Positions 1-12,744 of a stretch of DNA of 64,000 nt are shown here, piece by piece. A program made the translations under genes and the position numbers. This DNA is from an uncultured Candidatus Rokubacteria bacterium (GTDB lineage: Bacteria > Methylomirabilota > Methylomirabilia > Rokubacteriales > CSP1-6): assembly GCA_963707305.1 (NCBI GenBank), contig CAVPPZ010000024.1:12457-76456 (forward strand), read 5' to 3'. The notes beneath the pieces are model-generated. The model had not been told where the DNA came from. It saw only the letters and a list, made by a program, of their open reading frames with translations, and made no database searches. Positions within the stretch are counted from its first letter, which is position 1, and each line of letters opens with the position of its first letter.

Positions 1-1165
1 CGAGCTTGCGGCAGTCGAGCATCATCACCCGGTGCGCGCCACTCGCGGAGTGACGGTAGAACTGCGTCTCGAAGTCCTCGTCGAAGCGCACCGTCAGCTC
101 CTCGTGCGTCCGGCCGTCCGGACCAACCACGTGGAAGTCGATGAAGAAGTCGTGCACATCGAGACCGACGTCATCACGGACCCTGAAGAAGAACTGCTGG
201 TAGCGTCCCTGGTCCTTCGCCTCGGCGCGCGCGTAGTTTTCCTTGGTCACGGTCCGAAATTCATGGGCGAGCTCGACATAGCTCTCCAGGCTCTTCACTC
301 GTTCGAGCGCTCGCACCGCCCACGTGCCGGGCCCCCAGTCGCCGAGAAATCCGGACGCGGTGGGATCGATGATGCTGCCGTGGTTGAAGCCGGCGAAGAT
401 CGCGAACGGAATGTCCGCGAACTTCGGCGACGGCCACCAGAGACACTTGGGACCGGCCTCGCGGAAGTCGAGCGTGCACGAGCGCGTGTTGAGCGAGGTG
501 CCGGCGATGCGGACGGTCCCGTCGGTGCCCGGCATCGCCCGCGCCTTGATCACCTTGGCCTGGATGCCGCCGTACCCCGTCCCGGCCGCGAGAACGATCG
601 GATAGCACCGGTGTTCGGGATCGTTGTCCGGCCGGAAGTAACTGCGCGGGCTGTGCAGATCGATCTCGGAGAGCCGCCACTGGAACGGGCTGGCCGGCTC
701 CAGACCTTGGAGCACCTGCTTGCCGGACTCCAGGAAATCGACGCCGTGGGAATGCGAGTTGAAGAAGGTGCTGCGGAACTTGCTGAGGAACGACTGCCCG
801 AGCTTGGCGAGATCTGATCCGAAGTTCGCCGGCGCGAAACAGAGCAGCCGGTCGACCGGGCACGGCTGGGGGTCGCCGCGGCGGAACGACCGCTCGGCGT
901 GCAGCGCGAGCCACGACCTGACGACGAGCGAGCCCGTGCTGTGGCACGCCACGTCGACGCGCTCCTTGCCGAGGCGAGCCCGATGGTCGGCGTCGAGCTT
1001 GTCGGCGAAGTCCTCGAACGTGGCTTCATCGTCCATGCTGCTGTAGTCCAGGTAGAAGACGTCCTCGGGCTTGTAGAGTCCCCGCGCCGTCAGGAAGTCA
1101 CCCAGGGCGGTGAAGCTCGTCGAGCCATCGGAATAGCCGTGGACGATCAGGAGTTTCTTGGCCAT
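1..1165 (-). CDS. Alpha/beta-hydrolase (lipase/esterase-like), runs off the left edge
   Basis: Manual translation from ATG 1165: MAKKLLIVHGYSDG...VACHSTGSLVVR...FAPANFGS. Has HG oxyanion motif, HSTG nucleophile elbow and GAGGAG RBS. Missing from the ORF track because there is no stop in the window. Confidence 0.75.
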   Translation of the reverse strand, partial: MAKKLLIVHGYSDGSTSFTALGDFLTARGLYKPEDVFYLDYSSMDDEATFEDFADKLDADHRARLGKERVDVACHSTGSLVVRSWLALHAERSFRRGDPQPCPVDRLLCFAPANFGSDLAKLGQSFLSKFRSTFFNSHSHGVDFLESGKQVLQGLEPASPFQWRLSEIDLHSPRSYFRPDNDPEHRCYPIVLAAGTGYGGIQAKVIKARAMPGTDGTVRIAGTSLNTRSCTLDFREAGPKCLWWPSPKFADIPFAIFAGFNHGSIIDPTASGFLGDWGPGTWAVRALERVKSLESYVELAHEFRTVTKENYARAEAKDQGRYQQFFFRVRDDVGLDVHDFFIDFHVVGPDGRTHEELTVRFDEDFETQFYRHSASGAHRVMMLDCRKL

Positions 1166-1220
1166 GCGGCGGCTCCTCGTATCGGGTCAGGCACTGCACT
1201 GCGACGACGAGTCACAAGGG

Positions 1221-1865
1221 TCACGAAGTATAGGTCAGCGCTCGAACGGACCCGAAGGTAAATGTCGCCGGGCGGTCCCTAGTCGGCGCGCTGGCGACGC
1301 GTCCGTCGGTGATCACGTACTGCCGGAGCGACGCGTGCGGCGCGTCCGGGATCGTGCGACGGTGCTGCACGTAGTCGAGGCCGGCGGCCAGCGCGTCGAG
1401 CACGGTGATCGGCCCGCCGTGCGTGACCAGGAGGACGGTGTCCGATGGATGCGCCGTGGCGATCCGCCGGAGCACCGTCTCGATGCGCGCGGCGAGCGCC
1501 GCGTACGGCTCGGCGTCGGACGGGCCGTGCCCGAGGCCATCGCGCCAGCGCGCGTGCTCGTCCGGGAAGCGCCGCGGGATCTCGTCGTCCTGGAGCCCGT
1601 CCCACGCGCCGTAGTCGCGTTCGCGCAGCTCGCGAAGTGGCGTGACCTCGACGGCACGGTCGCCGAGCGCGATGCGCGCGGTCTCGAAGGCACGCGTGAG
1701 ATCGCTCGCGTAGGCCGCGGCGATGAGGACGCCGTCGAGGCGCCGCGCGAGCTCGTGGGCCTGCGCGCGGCCGCGGTCGGTGAGCGGCCGATCGGCGTGG
1801 CCGAGCCAGCGGCGCTCGCGGTTCCAGTCCGCTTCTCCGTGACGCGCGACGAGCAGCGTGGTCAT
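1221..1865 (-). CDS. Histidine phosphatase (phosphoglycerate mutase family)
   Basis: ARHGE, SDLTRA, LRERDYG and VTHGG motifs. Confidence 0.9.
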   Translation of the reverse strand: MTTLLVARHGEADWNRERRWLGHADRPLTDRGRAQAHELARRLDGVLIAAAYASDLTRAFETARIALGDRAVEVTPLRELRERDYGAWDGLQDDEIPRRFPDEHARWRDGLGHGPSDAEPYAALAARIETVLRRIATAHPSDTVLLVTHGGPITVLDALAAGLDYVQHRRTIPDAPHASLRQYVITDGRVASAPTRDRPATFTFGSVRALTYTS

Positions 1866-1890
1866 GGCCCCATGCTAAGCTGCACCGGCC

Positions 1891-2411
1891 ATGACGCGAT
1901 TCGTTCTCGCGATGCTGCTCGTCGTGCTCGCGATCACGCCCGCGGTCGCGGAGGCGCCGCGCGGATTCGCCGACTTCGCGTGGGGGACGCCTCCGGCGGC
2001 CATTCGCCAGCAATTCCTTCCGACGCGGTGCCGCTCGACGATCCGAGAGCCGCCAGCCGTGGTACAGCATCGACTGTCGTGACTATCTCGTGGAAGGGTC
2101 TCTCGATTCCGCTGCTGCGGCTCGACTTCGAGCCCGCCGAGTCGCTGGCCGGCTACTACATGCTCGTGGCGCGCGGGTCGTATGCCCAGTTCCGGGACCT
2201 CATCCTGCAGCGCTTCGGGCGGCCCACGAGCCGGCGCTGGATCCCGGGCTACGGCACCGAGATGTTCTGGGTGTGGAGCGGGATCAGCGCCACGCTGATC
2301 GAGCGCTGCGGCCAGGAGTCATCGTGCGTCGAGGTCACGACCACGCCCATCGACCGCCGGCGCGAGCAGCTCCGCGAGCGCGAGCGCCGCGACGCGTCCC
2401 AGAGCTTCTGA
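1891..2411 (+). CDS. Secreted hypothetical protein (frameshifted)
   Basis: Signal peptide MTRFVLAMLLVVLAITPAVAEA. Coding-like sequence continues in another frame (LSIPLLRLDFEPAESLAGYYML...) to TGA 2411. Confidence 0.55.
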
Positions 2412-2491
2412 TGACATGGGGGTGCGAGGCGCACCCCCCAATCCCCCCACGCTCCGCGGCCCGGCAAAGCCGTGCCGCTCCGCGACTGCCG
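2412..2491 (+). repeat. Structured intergenic repeat (REP-like), copy 1
   Basis: TGACAT-G run...C run-AAT-C run followed by hairpin GCCCGGC-AAA-GCCGTGC and GCTCCGCGACTGCC; matches reverse complement of 26071-26152. Confidence 0.8.
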
Positions 2492-4522
2492 TTACTCCGC
2501 TGCCACCTCGACGCGCGCGTCGTTGAAGCACGCGCCCTCGGCGATGTCCGCGTGCGTGGCCGGACACAGCGCCGAGACGGTCTGGCCGTTGTCGCTCGTG
2601 CGGAACCACGCGCCCTTCAGCGAGCACACCACCCCGGGCGGGATGACGTCGGTCACGCGCAGGGACAGATGCACCTCGCCGAGATCGTTCCACACGCGCA
2701 CGCGCATGCCGTTCGTGAGGCCGCGCGCGGCGGCATCGGCCGGGTGCATCTCGAGCGGCGGCGCCGTGCTGCCGTTCACGCCGCCGAAGGTGGAGGTGAC
2801 CATGCGATCGGAGGCCGGTGAGATCAGCGCGAGCGGGTAGCGTGACTCGACCGGCGCGAAGCGGGGCAGCCGCGCGCCGTACTTCCCCTCCAGGTACGAC
2901 GATGCGAGCTCGACCTTGCCGGATGGGGTACTCGGGAAGACGTTCTCGAACATCACGTATTCCTTGCCGCGGGCCGTCATCGCGAGCGCGCGGTCCGTCG
3001 GGATCTCGCTCGGCCGCATGCCGCCGAGGCGCGCGTCGGACGCATCGAGCGCATCGTCCATGAGCTGCGCGTCGGTCGCCGTGAAGATCGGGTCGGTGAA
3101 GCCGAAACGCGCGGCGAGCCGGCGGAAGATCTCGGTGTTCGGGAGCGACGCGTGCTGCGGCGCGATCACGCGGTCGGCGCGCTGGAGCCAGTGCGTCCCG
3201 TACGCCGCGTAGAGATCGGGATGCTCGAAATGCGTGGACGCGGGGAGGACGACGTCCGCGTACAGCATGCTGTCCGTCATCGCGACGTCCGAGCCCACCA
3301 CGAAGAGGTCCTCGCGCGCGAGGCCGCGGCGCAGCCGGTTCTGGTCCGGATGCACGATCACCGGGTTGTGGTTGTAGATGAACACGCCCTTGATCGGCGG
3401 GCTCAGCGCGGGATCGAGCAGGTGCGCCCCCACGTCGATGATGTTCAGCGTGCGCGTGCCGGCCGGCACCAGGTCCGGGCGCTGCAAGATCCGCGGGGTC
3501 TTCGGAAACGCGTAGCCGGCGCCGTTGACGAGACCGCCGCCGCGCACGCCGAACTTGCCGGCGAGCGCCGGCAACGCCAGCACCGCGCGGATGCCGCTGC
3601 CGCCGTTCTGGTTGCGCTCGAGCCCGTTGCCGACGCTGATGGCGGCGGGCGACAGCGTCGCGTACCACTCGGCCAGCGTGCGGATCTGGCTCTCCGGCAC
3701 GCCGCACACGGCGGCGGCCGTCGCGACGTCGTAGCGGCGCGCCAGCGCCATGAACTCGTCGAAGCCTTCCACGTGGCGCGCGATGAAGTCGCGATCCAGC
3801 GCGCCGCGCCGCTCGAGCTCGGCGGCCACCGCCCACGCGAGCACCACGTCGGTGCCCGGACGCAGCGCGATCTGCAGATCCGCCTGCCGCGCGATCGGCG
3901 TACGTCGCGGATCGATCACCACCAGCTTCGCGCCGCGCTTGCGCGCGCGGTTGATGACCGGCATGAAGTGCAGGTTCGACCACGTGACGTTGTTGCCCCA
4001 CGCCACGATGAGCCGCGCGTGCTCCGCCTGTTCCGGCCGCATGCCGGGGACGGTGCCGAACGTGCCGGTCCACGCCTCGACGCGGATGCCGCCGCACAGC
4101 GGCTTGCGGTCGAGCAAGGTCGCGCCGAGCCGGTGGAAGAAGCGGAGATCCATGGAGCCGCCGGCGAGGAAGCCGTGCGGCCCGGCGTAGTTGAGCGGGA
4201 GAATTGCCTGCGGACCGTGCGCCGCGATGATCGCGCTGAAGCGCGCGTGGATCGTGTCGATCGCGTCGTCCCACGAGATCGGCTCGAAGCGCGGTTCGCC
4301 TCGCGCACCCACGCGCCGGAGCGGCGTCTTGATCCGTCGCTCGCCGTGGACGAAGCCCGGATACATCGCGGGCACCTTCGCGCAGAGGACGCCGTCGGTG
4401 TACGGATTGGCGTGCGATCCGCGGATGTTGACGATGGTCTCGTCCTGCACGGTCACCGTCAGGCTGCACGTATCCGGGCAGTCGAGGGGACAGACGCTGC
4501 GCCGCTCCACCGTCGTCGCCAT
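2492..4522 (-). CDS. Molybdopterin (bis-MGD) oxidoreductase family protein
   Basis: CPLDCPDTC Fe-S motif, GVLCAK, ADVVLPAS and C-terminal MHPADAAARG Mo-binding domain; AGGAG RBS. Confidence 0.9.
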   Translation of the reverse strand: MATTVERRSVCPLDCPDTCSLTVTVQDETIVNIRGSHANPYTDGVLCAKVPAMYPGFVHGERRIKTPLRRVGARGEPRFEPISWDDAIDTIHARFSAIIAAHGPQAILPLNYAGPHGFLAGGSMDLRFFHRLGATLLDRKPLCGGIRVEAWTGTFGTVPGMRPEQAEHARLIVAWGNNVTWSNLHFMPVINRARKRGAKLVVIDPRRTPIARQADLQIALRPGTDVVLAWAVAAELERRGALDRDFIARHVEGFDEFMALARRYDVATAAAVCGVPESQIRTLAEWYATLSPAAISVGNGLERNQNGGSGIRAVLALPALAGKFGVRGGGLVNGAGYAFPKTPRILQRPDLVPAGTRTLNIIDVGAHLLDPALSPPIKGVFIYNHNPVIVHPDQNRLRRGLAREDLFVVGSDVAMTDSMLYADVVLPASTHFEHPDLYAAYGTHWLQRADRVIAPQHASLPNTEIFRRLAARFGFTDPIFTATDAQLMDDALDASDARLGGMRPSEIPTDRALAMTARGKEYVMFENVFPSTPSGKVELASSYLEGKYGARLPRFAPVESRYPLALISPASDRMVTSTFGGVNGSTAPPLEMHPADAAARGLTNGMRVRVWNDLGEVHLSLRVTDVIPPGVVCSLKGAWFRTSDNGQTVSALCPATHADIAEGACFNDARVEVAAE

Positions 4523-4553
4523 CAGGGCTCCTCCTCAGGAGACCTTCACTATG

Positions 4554-5692
4554 TCACGGCCAGGTCAGGCCGTACACGCGCGCGGCGTTGGCGCCGAGGA
4601 TCTGTCGTGCGCTCGTCCACGCCTCGTCGACCGTGAGCGCGCGGAGGGTGACCAGCTCGTCGAGGACGACGTTCAGTCCCCAGCGTCCCCACCGCGCGCC
4701 GAGCCAGAACAGCTCGGGGATCGCGGAAGCGTCGCTCGAGTAGAGGATCTTGCTCGCGGGCGCGAGGCCGAGCAGCTCCCGGAGCACCGTCGGGATGGCG
4801 GCGGCGAGATGCGGGCTGGCGAGACCGAAGTCGGCGTAGACGTGCGGATAGATCGACGCGAGGTAGCCGAGCTCGCGCACGTACGGATAGCTCGCGTGCA
4901 GGAGCACGAACGACACGTTCCGATAGGCGTCGCTCTCGAGCAGCGGGCGCAGGTGGAGAGGATTGGCGGCGAGCAGGTCGACGTCGGCATCGCCGAAGCC
5001 GGTGTGGAACTGCACGGGCAGCGCGAGGCCTTCGGCAATTGCGAGCGCGCGCAGGAGCAGGTAGTCGTTCAGCGGCTTCGTCGCCAGGCGCAGGGAGCCC
5101 GCGCGCCGCGCGTGCTCCTTCACGGGCTCGAACGCCGCGGCGGCCTCCGCGCGCGTGGTCGATCGCACCGCGAGCCCCGTGCGGTACGCGATGATGCTCT
5201 TCAGCCCGACGTAGCCCTCGGCCCGGGCGCCTTCGACGGCGGCCACGAAGGCTTCGAGGACGGCGTCGAACGTGTCGTGGCGAAGGATCAGCGTCCTGCG
5301 CGAGCGTCTCGAGACGCAGGAGCGGCAGCGTGCGACACGGCAGGCGCGCCTCGTGCTCGGCGTGGCTCCACGTCGCGCCGGTCCGGTAGCCGTGATCGAG
5401 GAGCAGCGCGCCGACGTTCGCCTCGCGCAGGAGCCGAGCCGCCAGCGCGTCCGGCGGCGTCTTCTCGCGCGCGACCAGGACCCCCGCGATGGTCGGCGCG
5501 CAGTCGAGAACGATCGCGAGCTCCTTGATCGCCCATCGGAAGAAGACGGTCTCGGGGACGTGGCGGTCGTGCATGGCCGGGTCGCCGCTCTCGGTGAAGA
5601 AGCGCGCGTAGTCGACCGGCGTGAACGGTCCGCCATGCCGGAGCAGGGGATGGCAGTGCTGATCGAGGACCGCGACGGCGCCGAGGTCCAGG
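4554..5692 (-). CDS. Amidohydrolase_2 family protein (FluG N-terminal domain-like), frameshift near 5290
   Basis: LDQHCHP, LKSIIAYRTGL, PVQFHTGFGD, LLHASYPY and KILYSSDA motifs across two frames; start uncertain. Confidence 0.8.
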
Positions 5693-7054
<1,362 letters not shown>

Positions 7055-7079
7055 CGCGGTTGAGTCGTAGGATAGCCGA

Positions 7080-7858
7080 ATGCTCCTCCTCAAGCTCGTC
7101 CTGACCCCGGCGCTGATCGCCGTCGCCAGTCTCGCCGGGCGCCGGTGGGGGCACGCGGTGAGTGGCTGGCTGGTGGGGCTGCCTCTCACGTCGGGACCGG
7201 TCGCGTTCTTCCTCGCCATCGAGCGAGGCCCGTCGTTCGCCGCCGATGCCGCGCTCGGCTCCCTCGCCGGCGCGATCGCCGAGGCCGCGTTCTGTCTCGC
7301 GTACGCGTTCGTCGCGCCCCGCATGGCGTGGCCGGCCGCGCTGGCGGCGGCCAGCGTCGCGTTCACCGTCGTCGCCGGCGCCCTGCAGCAGCCGCCGTTG
7401 TCGCTGGGACCGATCGCCCTCGCGGCCTTCGTGAGCCTGGCGCTGACGCTGTTCGTCATGCCGAACGCGCGTGGCCACGGCGGCGCCCGCGCCGCCGGCC
7501 CGCTGGGATCTGCCGGCGCGCATGGTGATCGCCACCGTGCTCGTGCTGGCGATCACCGAAGCGGCGCCGATGATCGGTCCGCGATGGAGCGGGATGCTCG
7601 CGACGTTTCCCGGTCTACGCGGCGATCCTCACGGTCTTCGCGCATCGTGCGGCCGCCGCGCCGGCGGTGCAGGTGCTCCGCGGCCTCGTGTGGGGCCTCT
7701 TCGGCTTCGCCGGCTTCTTCGTGATCCTGGGCGCGCTGATCGAGCCGGCCGGCGTCGGGCCCGCCTTCGTCGCCGCGAGCGGCGGCGCGCTGGCCCTCCA
7801 GGCGCTGTCGCTCAGGCTCGCGGTTCAGCGTAGAATGGGCGCACTTCGAACCCCCTGA
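7080..7858 (+). CDS. Integral membrane protein (frameshifted)
   Basis: Hydrophobic helices, GWLVGLPLTSGP and GMLATFP internal repeat; spread over three frames. Confidence 0.65.
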
Positions 7859-7887
7859 CCCCGCGACCCGTAACGGAGGACCGATCG

Positions 7888-9601
7888 ATGGCGTACGACC
7901 TGCTGATCAAGAACGGCGTGGTGATCGATGGTTCCGGCCTGCCCCGCTTCCGCGCCGACGTCGGCGTCAAGAACGGACGCATCGCCTCGATCGGCCGCAT
8001 CCGTGAGAGCGCCAAGGAGACGTTCGACGCCGAAGGCCACATCGTCGCGCCCGGCATCATCGACGGCCACACGCACATGGACGCGCAGATCTTCTGGGAT
8101 CCGCTCGGGACCTGCTCGTGCTGGCACGGCATCACCACCGTGGTCATGGGCAACTGCGGCTTCACGCTCGCGCCGTGCGCCGAGAAGGACAAGGGCATGG
8201 TGATCCGGAACCTCCAGCGGGCGGAGGACATCTCGCCCGAGGCGATGGAGGCCGGCATCAAGTGGAAGTGGGAGACGTTCCGCGAGTGGCTCGACGTCCT
8301 CGACGGGCTGCCGAAGGGCATCAACTACTCGGGCTACCTCGGCCACTCCGCCCTGCGCACGTACGTGATGGGCGAGCGCGCGTTCGATCAGCAGGCGAGC
8401 GACGACGACATGCGGCGCATGGAAGCCGAGCTGCGCGACGGCCTGCAGGCCGGCGCCATCGGCTTCACGACGTCGCGGTCGCCCAGCCACGAGACGCCGG
8501 ATCGCCGGCCGGTGGCCAGCCGCGTCGCGTCGTGGGACGAGGTGCGGAAGCTCGTCAACGTGATGGGCGACCTCAACGCCGGTATCTTCGAGCTGGCGGG
8601 CGAGAACACCGATCGCGCGCTCGGCTATCGAAGACGCGCGGCGCGACTATCACGCGCGGCTCAAGGCGCTCGCGGTCGAGAGCGGCCGGCCGATCACGTT
8701 CGGCCTCTTCAGCCGCAAGGACGCGCCCGGCGTCTACAAGGACTACGTGAAGCTGCTCGACGACACGGCGGCGGCGGGCGGGCGCATGTTCGCCCAGGTC
8801 CACAGCCGCGCGCTGTCGGCGATCATGTCGTTCAAGACGCAGACGCCGTTCGACAAGCTGCCGGTGTGGAGCGACATCCGCAAGCTGCCGCTCGCCGAGC
8901 AGAAGGCGAAGTTCCAGGATCCCGCGATGCGCGCGAAGCTCGTGGAGGCCGCGGGCGCGAAGGTCGAGAATCGCTCCCTCGGGACCGAGGCGCGGCCCGG
9001 CGCCTACGAGAAGCTCCTCGTGCTGGACAGCGTCCACGCCACGCATCGCTCGGTGGTGGATCTCGCGAAGGAGCGCCACTGCCATCCGGTCGAGCTGATC
9101 ATGGACCTCGCGATCGAGCGGGACATGAACGTCTTCTTCTTCCACCCGATCGCCAACGAGGACCAGGACATCGCGCTCGAGCTGATGAAGCTGCCGCGCG
9201 CGGTGGTGACGTTCTCGGACTCCGGCGCGCACGTCTCGCAGCTCATGGACAGCTCGCTGCAGACGCACCTGCTCGCCTACTGGGTGCGCGAGCGGCAGGC
9301 CTTCACGCTGGAAGAGGCGGTGCGGATGCTCACGCTCGTGCCCGCGACGCAGTGGGGCTTCCACGACCGCGGCCTGCTCCGCGTGGGCATGGCCGCCGAC
9401 ATGATGATCTTCGATCCGAACACCATCGCCGCCGAGATGCCGGAAGTGGTGCACGACCTGCCGGCCGGCGCGAAGCGGCTCATCCAGAAGACGCGGGGCA
9501 TCGCCGCCACCGTCGTCAACGGCGAGGTGCTGCTCCGCGACGGGAAGCACACGGGCGCGCTCCCGGGCAAGCTGCTGCGCGGGCCGCTCGCGACCGCTTG
9601 A
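7888..9601 (+). CDS. N-acyl-D-amino-acid deacylase-like amidohydrolase, frameshift near 8625
   Basis: PGIIDGHTHMD, VMGNCGF, SDSGAH and RGLLRVGMAAD motifs; GGAGG RBS. Confidence 0.85.
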
Positions 9602-9726
9602 GATGGGGGGCCCGGGACGGGCCCCCCAAGCCCCTCCACGGCCTCCGGGCTGACGTGAAGTCCGCCCTCCGGCGAGTGCCGACGGGCCCAACGCTCGCAA
9701 CCGCCCCGGCTGACGCCGGGGCGGTG
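9599..9726 (+). repeat. Structured repeat copy 2 plus an extra 11-bp perfect hairpin
   Basis: TGAGATGGGGGG...CCCCCCAAGCCCC, then CCTCCGGGC..TGAAGTCCGCCCTCCGGCGAGTG (near-identical to 39801-39877); ACCGCCCCGGC-TGAC-GCCGGGGCGGT at 9701-9726. Confidence 0.8.
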
Positions 9727-9779
9727 CTCGCTCAAGTTCCCGCGGCCCACGGTCGATAGTCATCCCCGAGGCACATGGG

Positions 9780-9935
9780 ATGACCGACTGGCTCCGCGCG
9801 CTGCTCGAAGCGATTTTGACCGAGCAGCCCTCCGCCCGGGAGGCCGCGATCGTCGCGAGCATCGTCCTCATCGTGCCTTTCGGATGGCTCGTGCTCCTCG
9901 TCCGCCCCATCCGCCGCGTGCTCCGCAACCTCTGA
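9780..9935 (+). CDS. Small membrane protein (51 aa)
   Basis: Manual translation MTDWLRALLEAILTEQPSAREAAIVASIVLIVPFGWLVLLVRPIRRVLRNL; one TM segment and a basic tail. Confidence 0.5.
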   Translation: MTDWLRALLEAILTEQPSAREAAIVASIVLIVPFGWLVLLVRPIRRVLRNL

Positions 9936-9985
9936 GAGACTCCGCAGCCGTCCCTGCCCCAGGCATCCCGACGTAGGAGGCGCGT

Positions 9986-10454
9986 ATGTCCGAGCATCGG
10001 GCGAGCATCGCGTGGACGCTCAGTGGGCCGAGCTTTCGCAAGGGCCAGTACTCGCGCGAGCACGTGTGGACGTTCGACGGCGGCGTGACGGTGCCGGCCT
10101 CGCCGTCGCCGCGGCCGTGTCCCGGCGCCGTGGTCGAATCCCGCGCACGTCGATCCGGAAGAGGCGTTCGTCGCCTCGATCGCGAGCTGTCACATGCTGA
10201 CGTTCCTCTGGGTGGCGGGGCGGCAGGGCTTCGAGGTCGAGAGCTACGAGGACGACGCGGTCGGCGTGATGACGAAGAACGAGAAGCGCGTGTCGTGGGT
10301 CAGCGCGGTGACGCTGAACCCGCGGATCGTGTACGTCGGCGACAAGCGCCCGACGCACGAGGAAGAGGCGCAGCTCCACCACGCCGCGCACGAGCAGTGC
10401 TTCATCGCGAACTCGGTGAAGACGGAGATCACGGTCGCCGGCTTCGATCACTGA
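9986..10454 (+). CDS. OsmC/Ohr family protein (frameshifted)
   Basis: YSREHVWTFDGG, DPEEAFVASIASCHML and AHEQCFIANSVK (two conserved Cys); AGGAGG RBS. Confidence 0.88.
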
Positions 10455-10479
10455 GTCCGGCGACCGCTGCCCGAGCCGG

Positions 10480-11237
10480 TCAGGCGATCTTGATGATGCC
10501 GGGCTCGACGACCTTGAAACGATCGGCGACCAGCGGGTCGTGGCCGGCGACGATCAGCTTCTCCTTGCCCGCGAGCTCGTGGATGCGGTCGAAGCCCGCC
10601 AGCATCTCGGGGAGGCTGGTGATGATCTGCGTCGGCTGGCCCGTCTCCACGTTGCGATAGAAGTGTGACGCGTCCGACGTGAGCACGACGGTGCCGCTGT
10701 TCGTCTTCACGCTGAGGATCTGGAGCCCGCCGTGTGGCCGCCCACGCGGTGCACGGTGATGCCCGGCAGCACCTCGCGGTCGCCCTCGACGATCTTCAGC
10801 TTCCCGCCGTAGTTCAGCGGCACCACGCGTGAGAGCTGCTCGACGTTCGCCGAGCCGCTGAACGCCTTGCGGCCGGCGTAGGGGCCCGTCCAGAACGCGA
10901 CCTCGTCCTTCTGCACCCAGTACTCCGCGTTCGGGAACAGGCTGTGGCCGGCCCAGTGGTCGTAGTGCAGGTGGGAGATGAGCGCCATCGGGATGTTGTT
11001 CGCCTTCACGCCGGCGACCTTCTCGACCACCGTGGACGGCCGCACGTAGTTCCGGATGCCGCGCTTCTCCGCGTCGTCTTCGAGGAATCCCGTATCGAAG
11101 AGTACCGGGTGCGGGCCGCCGAGGATGAGCCACACGAAATAGTGGAGCGTCAGCGGCGCGTGCTCCTCGTCCCGGTAGAAGAACTGGCACGTCTTCGTGT
11201 CTCGTTCACCGTACTTGAGCGCATAGACCTCGTACAT
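10480..11237 (-). CDS. N-acyl-homoserine lactonase-like metallo-beta-lactamase fold protein, frameshift near 10725
   Basis: SHLHYDH, GGHT, LTSDASH and AGHDP motifs. Confidence 0.8.
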
Positions 11238-11337
11238 GGGGTGTCGTCCTCGCTGCCCCGATCTTACCCGCGACGTTGCCGTTTGTGGGGCTCCTCGCGG
11301 TGATGGTCGCCGACCAGTCCCCGGAGGAGCGAGGCCA

Positions 11338-11640
11338 ATGCAGCTTCAAGATCGTGATTGCTGGGCCCGGACGTCGACGAATCGTGGCCGCAGAAGATCC
11401 GGCAGGCGGTCCCCGGCGCGAGCTGCGCCGCATCGCGTTCCGCGATCCCAAAGAGGCCATCGCTCGAGATCGAGGACGCCGACGCGGCCTACGGGACCGT
11501 GCCGCCGGAGCTGCTCGCTCGCGCGAAGAAGCTGCGCTGGATCTGCGCCGCCCGCGCGGGGCTGGGGGGCGACTGGTTCTACGACGCGCTCGTGAAGAGC
11601 GAGGTCGTCGTGACGAACATGCGGGCGCAGCGTACAACGA
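11338..11640 (+). pseudogene. N-terminal fragment of a D-2-hydroxyacid dehydrogenase (truncation probably an assembly artefact)
   Basis: IEDADAAYGTVPPELLARAKKLRWICAARAG...VVVTNMR, after which the sequence becomes garbled. Confidence 0.55.
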
Positions 11641-11649
11641 AGCTCAACA

Positions 11650-12740
11650 CTCTCGGCGTCACGTTCCCGGTGGCGTTCGGTCCGGAGGTCACGGTGGTCG
11701 ATCCTTCACGCGTCGCTTCGCACCAAGGTGCCGGATCCCTGCCGCAGACACGCATGGCGCGGAGTCGATGAACAGGGCGCCGGGAAGGATCGACGCTCAG
11801 GAGAAGTTCGTCACCGACCGCTTCACGGACGGGCGTTCGATCGTCGGACGTCGTGCGGCGACCGCGTGGTCGTGGAGGCGAACCCGAGCTCTGGGCCGAG
11901 CCGCGTCGGCACGAAGATCGTGTGGCAGGTCATCCGACGCCGACCCGCGCGTGACCGCGCTCCGCGCGGGCATCGCCGTGATGCTCAACCGGCCGATCCG
12001 GCTCGCGCCGACGTGGAGCGACCTCGGCGAGGCCGTACTTCGGGTGACTCGTGACCACGTGCTCTGCTGCACGGAGCCGGAGCCGCCGGACACGCGCGTG
12101 CGCCAGGCTCTTCGCGGCGATGAAGCGCGGCGCGTCATCATCAACCTTCGCGGCCGCGGCGGGCCTGACGGGGTGACCGAGGCCGAACTCGCACGGCTGG
12201 ATCCGGCCCGTATCCGTACGATCCCGGCGACGCGAAGAAGCTCGCTCGCGGAGGCCGGGCGCCGAACGGCTTCGAGCTCCCGCTGTGGCATCGATGGGCG
12301 CGGACGTGCTGAGGAGCCCCGCAGGTCGTCGCGATCTACGGCGCGCCCGATCGACGAGAAATGGCGAAGCTGCAGACGCTCGAGTGGGCCGAGACAACTG
12401 GCGCGGCGCTTCGCAGGCAAGGAGCGCGCTGCTCTACGCGGTCGACAAGGGAAAGTGGGACTGTCGTAATGGACCAGCGCTTCAAGCCGTCGTCCACCGC
12501 GTTCCGCTACTACGACGCCACCGGCGACTTCCTCAAGACGCTGCAGGACTACGACAGCGCGTTCGATCCGAAGAAGCGCAGGAGCTCGCCGCCACGGGCC
12601 TCAAGATGGCGCGCGACGAGGCGGTGTGGGTGACGCTCTGGCAGCTCGACGAGCTGATGGGCGTGTCGAAGAAGGTGAAGGGCTTCAAGATGCGCGCCGA
12701 CAACGTGCTCTGGGCGCGCGACGCGTACGTGGAGGCCTGA
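11650..12740 (+). pseudogene. Garbled C-terminal part of a peptide/nickel ABC solute-binding protein (family 5)
   Basis: Remnant motifs RVTALRAG, DxRVRQA and PYPYDP..AKKL...PNGFE; cleaner C-terminus VWVTLWQLDELMGVSKKVKGF. Confidence 0.55.
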
Positions 12741-12744
12741 GGCG

